A DNA stretch of 64,000 nucleotides from Nitrospirota bacterium (GCA_003246675.1 QJZQ01000215.1:4936-68935); one strand, 5' to 3'. Positions 22,346 through 31,021 are shown, numbered from the stretch's first letter. A program made the numbers and translations. The notes: generated from the letters alone by a model not told the origin.

Positions 22346-23038
22346 TCAGTTCATGCGGACGTCGATGCCCTTCCGGGTCTGATTCATCGAAATCTGCGCC
22401 AGGCGGATCTTCATGTCGAGCAGGGAGCAAACCTTCGCGGCGCGTTTCTCGACATCGAGCTCTTCCAGAAGCGACTGCTTTTCCTCGACCGCCGGTTGCA
22501 GGCGAAACGCCATCTGATCCACCAACCCGCCGAGTGTCACAAAAGTGTTCCAGTTTGCCTCCAGGCTTTGCCTCTCGCTTTCGGGCAGAAGGTGAAGGAA
22601 TTGCCGGTAGCGGTCGACCAGCCGGTCGCGGGCCTCCACCGGCGTGTTTCCCAGGGGATGGTCGTTGATGTCCTCGAGGGGTTCTATCTCGGCGCGCCGG
22701 TAGGTTTTCCCGGTTATTTCCTTCTTGACGCGAAACCGGCAAAGCCCCTCGAGCACCAGGTTGTATTTGCCGTCGGCAAGGCGGGTGTGGTCCAGGATGT
22801 TGCCCAGGCAGCCAATGGAGGCGATGCCGGGACGGCCGAAGTAATCGTCCTCCCATCCCGCTTTGAGGAGCACCATGCCGATGCGGCGGTCGTTTTCGAG
22901 GGCGTCGGCCATCATATCCCGGTAGCGCGGCTCGAAAATGTGCAACGGCAGCCGTGTCCCCGGAAAAAATACCGTTGCGGGGAGAGGGAACAGGGAAATC
23001 AGGTTTTTACCCGGATCGGAGTTTTCTTTGGATTCCAT
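22346..23038 (-). CDS. LON N-terminal (substrate-binding) domain protein
   Basis: FPLPATVFFPGTRLPLHIFEPRYRDM is typical of the LonN/PUA-like domain. There is no AAA or protease domain. Confidence 0.75.
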   Translation of the reverse strand: MESKENSDPGKNLISLFPLPATVFFPGTRLPLHIFEPRYRDMMADALENDRRIGMVLLKAGWEDDYFGRPGIASIGCLGNILDHTRLADGKYNLVLEGLCRFRVKKEITGKTYRRAEIEPLEDINDHPLGNTPVEARDRLVDRYRQFLHLLPESERQSLEANWNTFVTLGGLVDQMAFRLQPAVEEKQSLLEELDVEKRAAKVCSLLDMKIRLAQISMNQTRKGIDVRMN

Positions 23039-23174
23039 TGTGGCCTTCGAGCATCTAATACTGATTTGGCCATCATAGCACTTTCTCGCGGGTGCTCACG
23101 CAATAATAAGCGGCCAGGCCGGCCGGGGCACACGCCGCCGCAGCGGGGCAGGCGCCTTGTCAGAGAAGGCCGGA

Positions 23175-23209
23175 TTGACAATTCCATTCATATTTTTTAG
23201 TCTGCATAA
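23175..23209 (+). promoter_or_regulatory. possible sigma-70 promoter (TTGACA at 23175-23180)
   Basis: A consensus -35 hexamer is followed by an AT-rich stretch (CATATTTTTTAGTCT) just upstream of the ATP-grasp-like gene. The -10 assignment is ambiguous. Confidence 0.3.
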
Positions 23210-23212
23210 CTG

Positions 23213-24637
23213 ATGACGACCCAAGCGGTGGAAAATTATACGGAAATTCGCGATTCGCTGGCCGAGTCAGGGCTGTTCGACGCCCAGGGAGAAACCGGCG
23301 GCAACACCTGGCGAATTTCTCTCGACGCCTACGGCCTCACGCGGCAGGAAGTTGCGTTTTTTGAGGACCTCGGCGGCCATCTCCTTAAATTCTATTCCGC
23401 CCTCAACCGGTTTTATCTGGACAGCGCCCGCGGCAAGCTTCCCACCTGGTTCGCGGAGTACCTCGACCAGGGCAAGCCCCGCGAGCTGATCGACCATGGC
23501 CGCATGAAGCGTTTCAAGGGCCTGCTGCCTGGCATCATCCGGCCCGATGTCATCGTCACCGAAGGCGGGTTCCAGGTGACCGAGCTCGACGCGGTTCCCG
23601 GCGGTTTCGGCCTGACCGCCCGCCTGATGGATATCTACCGCAATGACGGCCAGGAACTGGTGGGCGGTGACCTGCCGCGCTTGTTTTACCGCATGATGGA
23701 AAGCGCGGCCGGTACGCCAGGGGCCCGGGTGGCCATCGTGGTTTCCGACGAAGCGTCGGATTATCTGAGCGAGATGCAGTACCTCGCAAGCCGCCTCAGG
23801 GACGAGGGCGCGCCCGTGTTCGTTTGCCGTCCGGAGGAAATTCTCTTCCGGGAGGAAGGTCTGTTCGTGGCCGAAGCGGGGGAGGAGCTTCCCCTCGATG
23901 CGGTTTACCGGTTTTACGAGCTGTTCGATCTCAGGAACATCCCCAAGGCCGAACTGCTGATGTATGCCAACAAGAAGGGCCGGGTCGCCACCACCCCGCC
24001 TTACAAGCCGTGGCTGGAGGAAAAACTGGCCTTCGCCCTGTTTCACCACCCCGTGTGGCGGAAGCACTGGGAAAATGCCCTCGGCTCTGAAACTTTTACC
24101 GTCCTCACTCATCTAATTCCCAAAACCTGGATTCTCGACAACCGCGAACTGCCGCCTTACGGAGTGATCCCGGGGCTGAGCGCGGGTGGGGCTCCGGTGG
24201 GAAGCTGGCGCGAACTGCATGGCCTCACGCAAAAAGAGCGCGAGTTGGTGATCAAACCCTCCGGCTTTTCGCCCGATGCCTGGGGCAGCCGGGGTGTGGT
24301 GGTGGGGCACGACGTCTCCTCGGAAGAATGGATCGCCACGCTGGAAGAGGGTTTACGCCGGTTTCCGGAGCGGCCCTGCATCCTGCAGGAGTTTCACAAG
24401 GGCAGGCAGGTGGAGGCCGCTTTCGTGAACCCGGCAACGGGCCTTCTGGAGCGGATGAAAAGCCGGGTTCGATTGACGCCTTATTATTTTACCGTCGATG
24501 GGGCGGCCCGGCTGGGCGGGGTTCTCGCTACGCTGTGCCCCGCGAACAAAAAAAAGATTCACGGCATGGTGGACGCGATCATGGTGCCCTGTGCCGTACG
24601 GGAAAAACAGGACAACCCCGGCCTTTTGGGAGGCTAA
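23213..24637 (+). CDS. uncharacterised ATP-grasp-like ligase (glutathionylspermidine-synthase-like / circularly permuted ATP-grasp style)
   Basis: RPDVIVTEGGFQVTELDAVPGGFG and LVIKPSGFSPDAWGSRGVVVG...CILQEF resemble ATP-grasp nucleotide-binding segments. This is a fold-level guess only. The gene itself is well supported by its length and codon bias. Confidence 0.45.
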   Translation: MTTQAVENYTEIRDSLAESGLFDAQGETGGNTWRISLDAYGLTRQEVAFFEDLGGHLLKFYSALNRFYLDSARGKLPTWFAEYLDQGKPRELIDHGRMKRFKGLLPGIIRPDVIVTEGGFQVTELDAVPGGFGLTARLMDIYRNDGQELVGGDLPRLFYRMMESAAGTPGARVAIVVSDEASDYLSEMQYLASRLRDEGAPVFVCRPEEILFREEGLFVAEAGEELPLDAVYRFYELFDLRNIPKAELLMYANKKGRVATTPPYKPWLEEKLAFALFHHPVWRKHWENALGSETFTVLTHLIPKTWILDNRELPPYGVIPGLSAGGAPVGSWRELHGLTQKERELVIKPSGFSPDAWGSRGVVVGHDVSSEEWIATLEEGLRRFPERPCILQEFHKGRQVEAAFVNPATGLLERMKSRVRLTPYYFTVDGAARLGGVLATLCPANKKKIHGMVDAIMVPCAVREKQDNPGLLGG

Positions 24638-24642
24638 ACGAA

Positions 24643-24891
24643 GTGGGAAATAAAATCAGGCTTTACAATATCGACGGCTGCGGCTACTGCTCCATGGTTC
24701 GCTCGGCCCTGGAGCAACTCAATATCGATTACGAAAAGATCGATGTCCCCTGGCCGCATTTTCAGCGCACCGAGGTGTTCGAGATCTCCGGCCAATACAC
24801 GGTGCCGGTGCTCGTCGATGGAGACACCGTGCTGGACGACGAGTACCAGATCGTCGATTACCTGAAGCGGACCTACCCGGTCAACTCTTAA
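24643..24891 (+). CDS. glutaredoxin-like small protein (CGYC motif)
   Basis: GTG at 24643 lies 5 nt after the previous stop. IRLYNIDGCGYCSMV...TVPVLVDG is a thioredoxin-fold Grx/NrdH pattern. The longer ORF from 24328 is out-of-context overlap. Confidence 0.65.
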   Translation: MGNKIRLYNIDGCGYCSMVRSALEQLNIDYEKIDVPWPHFQRTEVFEISGQYTVPVLVDGDTVLDDEYQIVDYLKRTYPVNS

Positions 24892-24910
24892 CCTTCTCAA
24901 AAGGCTCACC

Positions 24911-26050
24911 ATGGAATCCTGGCAGAAACTTCTGAGCGGCAGCGTGGTCAAGGTGGAGGATTTGCCTTTTCTCCCGGACACGAGCGAAGAGTACAGGGAA
25001 AAGCTGAGGAAAGTTTCAGAGATCTACCCCATTCGCATCAACGGCTATTTCAAGGAGCAGATCAAGAGCCAGGGCGATCCGCTGTGGATGCAGGTGGTGC
25101 CCACCCTGGAGGAGCTCGACGATTTTTTGAGCGATGAAGAGCTGCTCGAGCCCGATCCGCTGAATGAAGAGGAGGACATGCCGGTGCCCGAACTGGTGCA
25201 CCGCTATCCCGACCGGGTGCTGCTCATGGTCAACAACCAGTGCCCGATCATCTGCCGTTTTTGCACGCGAAAACGCAAGATCGGCTTTCCCGGCGTCGTA
25301 ACGCGGGAAACCCTGCGCCAGGGCATCGAATACATCCGCACTCACACCGAAGTGCGCGATGTCATTCTCTCCGGCGGCGACCCGCTGCTGGTGCCCGACA
25401 AGGAGCTCGACCGCATCCTTTCGGAACTGCGCGCCATCCCCCATCTGGAGCTGATCCGCATCGGCACCCGGGTGCCGGGCACTCTGCCGCAGCGCATCAC
25501 CGATGATTTGCTGGAGATACTCAAGAAATACCACCCGCTTTATTTCAACATGCACTTCAACCATCCGGCGGAAATCACCCCTGAAGTGGAGGCCGCCTGC
25601 AACCGCCTCGCCGACATCGGCATTCCCCTGGGCAGCCAGACGGTGCTGCTCAAAGGCGTGAACGACAACTCCGAGACCATGAAGGAGCTGTTCCACAAGC
25701 TGCTCAAGATCCGCGTGAAGCCGTATTACCTCTACCAGGCCGACATGACCATGGGAACCGATCATTTCCGCACGCAGGTGGAGAAGGGGCTCGACATCAT
25801 TCGCGATCTTGCGGGGCACACCTCGGGCATGGGCGTGCCGTATTTCGTTATCGACGCGCCGGGCGGTGGCGGGAAAGTGCGGTTGCTGCCCGATTCCGTC
25901 ATCGAGTACAACGAAGACGAAGTCATCGTGAAGAACTACGAAGGCAAGGTCTTCCGTTACCCGCAGCCCAAGGTCAACGGCGATAAAAAGAAATATTTCA
26001 GCCCCTCCTCTCCCGTCCCGGAGCCGGATGCCTGCACGATGACCGCCTGA
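24911..26050 (+). CDS. KamA-family radical SAM lysine 2,3-aminomutase-like enzyme
   Basis: CPIICRFCTRKRK cluster, SGGDPL, VLLKGVND, PYYLYQADM and FVIDAPGGGGK (PLP-lysine region). Both Asp positions that I recall binding the lysine epsilon-amine in clostridial LAM appear conserved. Confidence 0.85.
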   Translation: MESWQKLLSGSVVKVEDLPFLPDTSEEYREKLRKVSEIYPIRINGYFKEQIKSQGDPLWMQVVPTLEELDDFLSDEELLEPDPLNEEEDMPVPELVHRYPDRVLLMVNNQCPIICRFCTRKRKIGFPGVVTRETLRQGIEYIRTHTEVRDVILSGGDPLLVPDKELDRILSELRAIPHLELIRIGTRVPGTLPQRITDDLLEILKKYHPLYFNMHFNHPAEITPEVEAACNRLADIGIPLGSQTVLLKGVNDNSETMKELFHKLLKIRVKPYYLYQADMTMGTDHFRTQVEKGLDIIRDLAGHTSGMGVPYFVIDAPGGGGKVRLLPDSVIEYNEDEVIVKNYEGKVFRYPQPKVNGDKKKYFSPSSPVPEPDACTMTA

Positions 26051-26053
26051 ATC

Positions 26054-26085
26054 CCGCCCAGTGCGCGGGGCGGCCCCTTTTGGCA
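26054..26085 (+). terminator. possible intrinsic terminator after the KamA-like gene
   Basis: CCGCCC-N8-GGGCGG stem followed by CCCCTTTT. Confidence 0.35.
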
Positions 26086-26333
26086 TCGCCGCCTTGCCCT
26101 TCACAACACGTTGTTTTTTTAAGTTTTAACCCGAATGCTTGGGGGCAGGGCCCGCCCGCCTTTTCTTTCCTCGCCGCATAATTCGCTAACTGATTTAAAA
26201 ATGGTTAGTTGCGCAGAGCCCTCCCCCCGAGGCCGCGGCTTCTCCCGGCGCTTTTTCTCCCTCCCTGCGTACCCCTGAAATTAAATTAGTGGTGTAAAAT
26301 CAAGAATTTATTAGACTCCCGCCGGGTTTGGAG

Positions 26334-26352
26334 TTATATTAAGAGAATATAA
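26334..26352. promoter_or_regulatory. perfect inverted repeat TTATATT-N5-AATATAA upstream of secretin gene
   Basis: Read directly from the sequence. It is centred about 44 nt upstream of ATG 26387, in an AT-rich patch of a 336-nt intergenic region. Confidence 0.3.
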
Positions 26353-26386
26353 TTCCATGTAAATTTATAGCAAATAGGACCTCACT

Positions 26387-27955
26387 ATGGTCACGTTTCG
26401 CGCACTCTTATGCCGGGCGCTCCTGGTCCCGGTCGGGGCCTGTTTTCTGGCCTCCTGCATCGTTCAGTCGGGGTCTATGTCTTCGCCCTCGGTGGAGGAG
26501 GAGATCCCGCAGATGGAAGGCCGTCTGGAGGCATCGCCGGAGAAGGAGCCCGTGGCGGAAGAGGGACCGCAAGAGCCGGTGAAGCCCGGCGCGCTCACCC
26601 TCACCCAGCCCGAGCTTGAGCTCAAGAAGCCCCGGGCCCGCGGTCCCCGTTTCAACCTTTCGGCGCGTGAGGTGGCGATTGAAACCATCCTGCTGACCCT
26701 CGCCAGGCAGTTGGAACGCAATATCGTGGTCGACCCGGGCATCGACGAGACGGCCACCATCGAACTTAGGGACGTGACCCTGGAAGAGGCGCTCAATCAC
26801 CTGCTCACCCCCTACGGGCTGCGGCAGGAGGTGGAAGAGGGGGTCATCCGCGTCAGCCGCGAGAAAATGGAAATTCGGATGTTTCATCTGAACTACGTCC
26901 TGTCCCGGCGCGAGGGGCAGAGCCGCCTTGGCTCCTCCCCTGGCCTCGGCGACGGGCTTGCGACCTCGAGTGCGGTGGTGTCCCGTGAGGAGGCGAACCT
27001 CTGGGAGGAGATTCAAAAGGGCCTGGGCGATCTGGTGTATGACGCGGGGCAGCGGCCCGCCGACCCGGCAACCTCCGGGAAAGACCGGCCTTATTATTCC
27101 ATTCAGCAGCAGGCGGGGATCATCCTGGTGAACCATTTCCCGCGCACCCTCCTGAAAGTCGCCCGGTTTCTTGAAGAGGTCGAGGGCTCGGTGCAGCGCC
27201 AGGTGTTCATCCAGGCGAAGATCATCGAAGTGTCTCTCAACGAGGAAAACCGGCTGGGGATCGACTGGCGAAAAGTGAACCCGGAAGCATCGGCGGGAGG
27301 GTTGTCCGACGCCGGTTTCGAGAGCGCGATGGCCTACGGCGTTCATAACGCCCGCCCCGAGAGGGTGATCGAAGCGCTGTCCCGCCAGGGGCAGGTGCGC
27401 ATGCTTTCCAGCCCCAAGATCGCCACGCTCAACAACCAGCGGGCGCTCATCAAGGTGGGAACCGAAGAGGTCTACTTTCGCCCCGAAACCGGGGGAGCGT
27501 CCCCGTCCTACGCCGCCTGGCCCGTCACCGAGGGAATCGTCCTCGACGTGGTGCCGCAGATCAACCCGAACGGCACGATCATGATGAGCATCAACACCAG
27601 CATCACCGAGCGCTCGGGCGAGCGCGTCTCGCCGGATGGCAAGAGCGCGGTGCCGGTTCTCGACGTGCGCCAGTCGAATAACGTGGTGCTTGCCGGTAAC
27701 GGGCAGACCATCGTCATCGGCGGGCTGATGAAAAAAACGCAGCGCAGCGAGGAGGGCAGCGGGCCACTGTTCGGCGGCCTGTTTCATGCCGATCGCGAAG
27801 AGGACGAAAAGACCGAGCTGGTCATCCTCCTCACGCCGCAGATCATGGTGGGCGACGCGGTGAACGACCGTTATGAGATCGAAAGAGAGCGCTTGAAGGC
27901 TCTGGGGGTTGCCGAGTCGCGCGGGCAGACCCTGTTTCCCGTTTTTAAAAGGTAA
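26387..27955 (+). CDS. secretin (type II/IV pilus secretin family, MshL-like lipoprotein)
   Basis: Lipobox FLASC. The C-terminal secretin domain includes VFIQAKIIEVSLNEENRLGIDW, LSSPKIATLNNQRALIKVG, GQTIVIGGLM and TELVILLTPQI. Confidence 0.85.
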   Translation: MVTFRALLCRALLVPVGACFLASCIVQSGSMSSPSVEEEIPQMEGRLEASPEKEPVAEEGPQEPVKPGALTLTQPELELKKPRARGPRFNLSAREVAIETILLTLARQLERNIVVDPGIDETATIELRDVTLEEALNHLLTPYGLRQEVEEGVIRVSREKMEIRMFHLNYVLSRREGQSRLGSSPGLGDGLATSSAVVSREEANLWEEIQKGLGDLVYDAGQRPADPATSGKDRPYYSIQQQAGIILVNHFPRTLLKVARFLEEVEGSVQRQVFIQAKIIEVSLNEENRLGIDWRKVNPEASAGGLSDAGFESAMAYGVHNARPERVIEALSRQGQVRMLSSPKIATLNNQRALIKVGTEEVYFRPETGGASPSYAAWPVTEGIVLDVVPQINPNGTIMMSINTSITERSGERVSPDGKSAVPVLDVRQSNNVVLAGNGQTIVIGGLMKKTQRSEEGSGPLFGGLFHADREEDEKTELVILLTPQIMVGDAVNDRYEIERERLKALGVAESRGQTLFPVFKR

Positions 27956-27963
27956 ATAAAGCC

Positions 27964-29376
27964 ATGTATCAGGAATACTATCAGTTTCAGGAAAAGCCCT
28001 TCAGCCTGACGCCCGACCCCAAGTTCCTCTACCCGAGCGTGAAGCACCAGGAAGCACTGGACCACCTCCTGTACGGCATCCGGCAGCGGGAAGGGTTCAT
28101 GCTCATGGTGGGCGATGTGGGCACCGGCAAGACCACGCTCTGCCGCTCCCTGCTGGAGAAGCTCGATGCGGACGTGAAGACGGCCCTGGTGCTCGACCCC
28201 CTGGGCTCGGAAATGGACTTGCTGCGGACCTGTCTTGCCGACCTGGGCGTGCCTCGCGTCCGCGCAAACCGGCTGACGCCTGCCCTGGCGGGCGCGGTGG
28301 AACAGCACCCCTCATTCGAGACGACGCCGTATTTCGACGAGGAGGATGACGAAGGCTGGACCGGCCATGCGAGCAAGAAGGAGCTCACCGACGCGCTCAA
28401 CGAATACCTGCTCGAACAGCATCGGGCGGGCGGGACGGTCGTGCTCATCATCGACGAAGCGCAGAACCTGTCGCTTCCCGTGTTGGAGCAGCTGCGCCTC
28501 CTGTCGAACCTGGAAACGGAAAAGGACAAACTTCTGCAGATCATTTTCGCCGGCCAGCTGGAACTCGCCGACAAGCTGAACCTGCCCGAACTCAAGCAGC
28601 TCAACGAACGCATCTCCATCCGTTGCCGGATCGCCCCTTTGTCCCGGGAAGAGACCCAGCAGTACATCATGCACCGGGTGCTGGTCGCCGGGGCGGGTTC
28701 GCGCCTCGTGTTTGCGCCTTCCGGTCTGAACGCAATCCACGATTATTCGAAAGGCGTTCCCCGGCGCATCAACCTGGTGTGCGACCGCGCCCTGCTCGCG
28801 GGGTTCAACGCCCAGGCGGGGGTTCTTGAGCGCAGCCACGTGAAGCAGGCCATCCGCAGCCTGGCCGGCGACGAGGGCGCCCCCGTTATGCGGGATTTTT
28901 TGTGGCTGCGCATGCCGCTGGTGCTGGGCATCCTTTTTGTTATCGCCGGACTGGCGTTGTTTGTTCTGCCGCAGAAGTTCGCCCAGAAGGAGTGGCGCAT
29001 CACAGATTTGGCCGGCCCGGAAAACGTCGAGAAGACTCCACCCGCCGAAGCGCCGCCAGAGCAAGACCCGCCGCTTGCCGTTAAAACCGCCGCCTCGGCC
29101 ATCGAAACGAATGGCACGGCGGGCAAGCAGGACGCGATTCACTATCGCATCCAGGTGAGCACCATGAGCGAGGCGGAACGAGCGGAAAAGGAAGTGGATA
29201 AATTGCGCGAGGAGGGTTACCCGGCCTACTGGAAAAAAGCGTTTTCTTCAAAGCGCGACTGGTATATTGTTTATGTGGGCCCCTATGACAGGAATCCGCC
29301 CGCGAGGATCCACCTGAACGCGCTCAAGTATTCAGGCCGGCATCCGATCCTCCTGTCGTTCACCTCCTCGGATTGA
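27964..29376 (+). CDS. ExeA/MshM-like AAA ATPase with TM segment and C-terminal SPOR domain
   Basis: N-terminus YYQFQEKPFSLTPDPKFLY, Walker A GDVGTGKTT, Walker B VVLIIDEAQNL, one TM (LVLGILFVIAGLALFVL). The C-terminal SPOR-like fold reads HYRIQVSTMSEAERAEKEVDKLREEGYPAYW...WYIVYVGPY. Confidence 0.8.
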   Translation: MYQEYYQFQEKPFSLTPDPKFLYPSVKHQEALDHLLYGIRQREGFMLMVGDVGTGKTTLCRSLLEKLDADVKTALVLDPLGSEMDLLRTCLADLGVPRVRANRLTPALAGAVEQHPSFETTPYFDEEDDEGWTGHASKKELTDALNEYLLEQHRAGGTVVLIIDEAQNLSLPVLEQLRLLSNLETEKDKLLQIIFAGQLELADKLNLPELKQLNERISIRCRIAPLSREETQQYIMHRVLVAGAGSRLVFAPSGLNAIHDYSKGVPRRINLVCDRALLAGFNAQAGVLERSHVKQAIRSLAGDEGAPVMRDFLWLRMPLVLGILFVIAGLALFVLPQKFAQKEWRITDLAGPENVEKTPPAEAPPEQDPPLAVKTAASAIETNGTAGKQDAIHYRIQVSTMSEAERAEKEVDKLREEGYPAYWKKAFSSKRDWYIVYVGPYDRNPPARIHLNALKYSGRHPILLSFTSSD

Positions 29377-30992
29377 GACCCGCTTTGAGCCTCATCGCCG
29401 ACAGCCTGAAAAGGGCGGCCCGGGAAAAAGCCTCCCGCGGTACCGCGCGCCAGGACATGCCCCTGATGGGCGGTCCGGGAAAGCAACGGCCGACAAAAAC
29501 CGCCCGTATCGGCCGGTTTGTTCTGCTCATCCTCATCCCCTGCTCGGTTCTCGGCGGGCTCCTTTATATCGCCTTTTCCGGCAGGGACGGGTCTCTCCAG
29601 GAGAAAAGACCGGCGATCGAGGAGACCCGTGCGGTTCTCAAGGAAGCGCCGGAAACAGCCCTCGCGCCGCCGGCGGTGGAGGAGGTAACGCCGCCTCCGG
29701 TGAAGGAGCGGATCATTCGCGGAACCATGAAAAAGCCGGAAACTCCTCCGGTACCATTGAAAGACCCCGCGGCCTCTTCAGAGAAATCCCCCGTACAGGC
29801 TGCTGCCGCCGATCGTCCCGGGGAAAAGGCCGCCGCGTCCGCCACGGCCCCTCCGCTGAAAAAGAAAAAACCCGTCGCCGCGAAGCCCGCAAAAGTTCCG
29901 CCTCCGCTGCAAGTGGAAGAACCCGAAGCCATGCCGGAGAAGCCTCCCGCGCAGGCTGCGGCTCCCGATCGTTCCGGGGAAAAAGCCGCCGCTCTCGGAA
30001 AGAGCGCCCCGGCCGCCCCGGTTACGCCGGCCGAACCGGCCGCCAAACCCCGGCCTGAAGTTGTGGATCGGGCCGTAAAGCCCTTGTCGCCGGATGTCGC
30101 ACCCCGGCAGGCCAAAGCGGTGCCCCGCGTCGAGGAGGTTGCCGCACCTGAAGAGCCAGAGCGCATTGCCCTGCCGCCGGTGCAGGAGAAACCGTTGGAA
30201 ATAGAAGAAGAGATCGTTGCCGAAATAGAGAAACCGGCGCCCGCGAAACCCCGCGAAGCAGCCAAGAGCCCGGCCGTGCCCGTGCGGAAACCGGTTGAGC
30301 AGGCGCGGCAACCGGGCCCCCCGGCTCCCGCTCCACGCGCCGCGCCCACCACCGGAGGAGACACCTCCGCTCTCAACCTCACCCTGTCGCGGACGGCGGG
30401 GGAAGGTCAGGCGGCGGTTTTTCAGACCAGCGTGTATCACTTCAACCGTGGCGTGTTCTTTCAGCAGGCGAAACAGTGGGACGAGGCGCTGGTGGAATAC
30501 CAGGAGGCGGCGCGCCTCAACCCCGAAAATGCCGATGCCTACAACAACCTGGGAGTGGTCTACAAGGCCAAGGGAGAGCTGGACCAGGCAATTCGGGAAT
30601 TTCTGCGCGCGGTTTATCTCGACCCCGACTACAGTAAGGCATACAATAATATCGGAGTGGTGTACTATATGAAAAAGGATTTCGAAGGCGCGATTCGCAA
30701 TTACGAAAAAGCCATCGAAACCCGGCCCGACAACCTGGAAGCTCTCAACAACCTGGCCATCGTTTACAGAAATCAGAGTGAGCCGCAAAAGGCGTTGGGG
30801 GTTCTCAACCGGTCGTTGGCCATCGACCCGGAGCACGCGGGCACCAACTACAATCTGGCCGTGTTATATGAGGATCATGGGGAGCCGCAGCCAGCGCTCC
30901 ACTATTACCGCCGTTTCATCAAGCTCGGAGAGAGGAGCCACCCCGCCCTCGTCTTCGAGGTCAAGAAGCACCTTGAGACCCTCGATCATTAG
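29373..30992 (+). CDS. membrane-anchored Pro/Ala/Lys-rich linker plus TPR-repeat protein (MshN-like)
   Basis: TTG at 29373 overlaps the upstream TGA; alternative ATG at 29457. One TM, an about 300-aa low-complexity linker, then 5-6 TPR units (AYNNLGVVYKAKGELDQAIREF...). Confidence 0.7.
   Translation: MRPALSLIADSLKRAAREKASRGTARQDMPLMGGPGKQRPTKTARIGRFVLLILIPCSVLGGLLYIAFSGRDGSLQEKRPAIEETRAVLKEAPETALAPPAVEEVTPPPVKERIIRGTMKKPETPPVPLKDPAASSEKSPVQAAAADRPGEKAAASATAPPLKKKKPVAAKPAKVPPPLQVEEPEAMPEKPPAQAAAPDRSGEKAAALGKSAPAAPVTPAEPAAKPRPEVVDRAVKPLSPDVAPRQAKAVPRVEEVAAPEEPERIALPPVQEKPLEIEEEIVAEIEKPAPAKPREAAKSPAVPVRKPVEQARQPGPPAPAPRAAPTTGGDTSALNLTLSRTAGEGQAAVFQTSVYHFNRGVFFQQAKQWDEALVEYQEAARLNPENADAYNNLGVVYKAKGELDQAIREFLRAVYLDPDYSKAYNNIGVVYYMKKDFEGAIRNYEKAIETRPDNLEALNNLAIVYRNQSEPQKALGVLNRSLAIDPEHAGTNYNLAVLYEDHGEPQPALHYYRRFIKLGERSHPALVFEVKKHLETLDH
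29788..29992 (+). repeat. two imperfect about 47-bp direct repeats inside the TPR gene linker
   Basis: 29788-29834 and 29946-29992 both encode P(V/A)QAAA(A/P)DR(P/S)GEKAAA. Confidence 0.7.
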
Positions 30993-31021
30993 CCTGCCAC
31001 CTCGTGGCCGGCGACCAGGCC

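Noticed and set aside
24328-24642. Long 187-aa version of the glutaredoxin-like ORF.
   Set aside because: The N-terminal 105 aa overlap the ATP-grasp-like gene out of frame and look like antisense-type low complexity. GTG 24643 gives a standard about 82-aa thioredoxin-fold protein.
26081-26097. Sigma-54-like TGGCAT...TTGC upstream of the secretin operon.
   Set aside because: The GG-to-GC spacing is 2 nt too long relative to the -24/-12 consensus.
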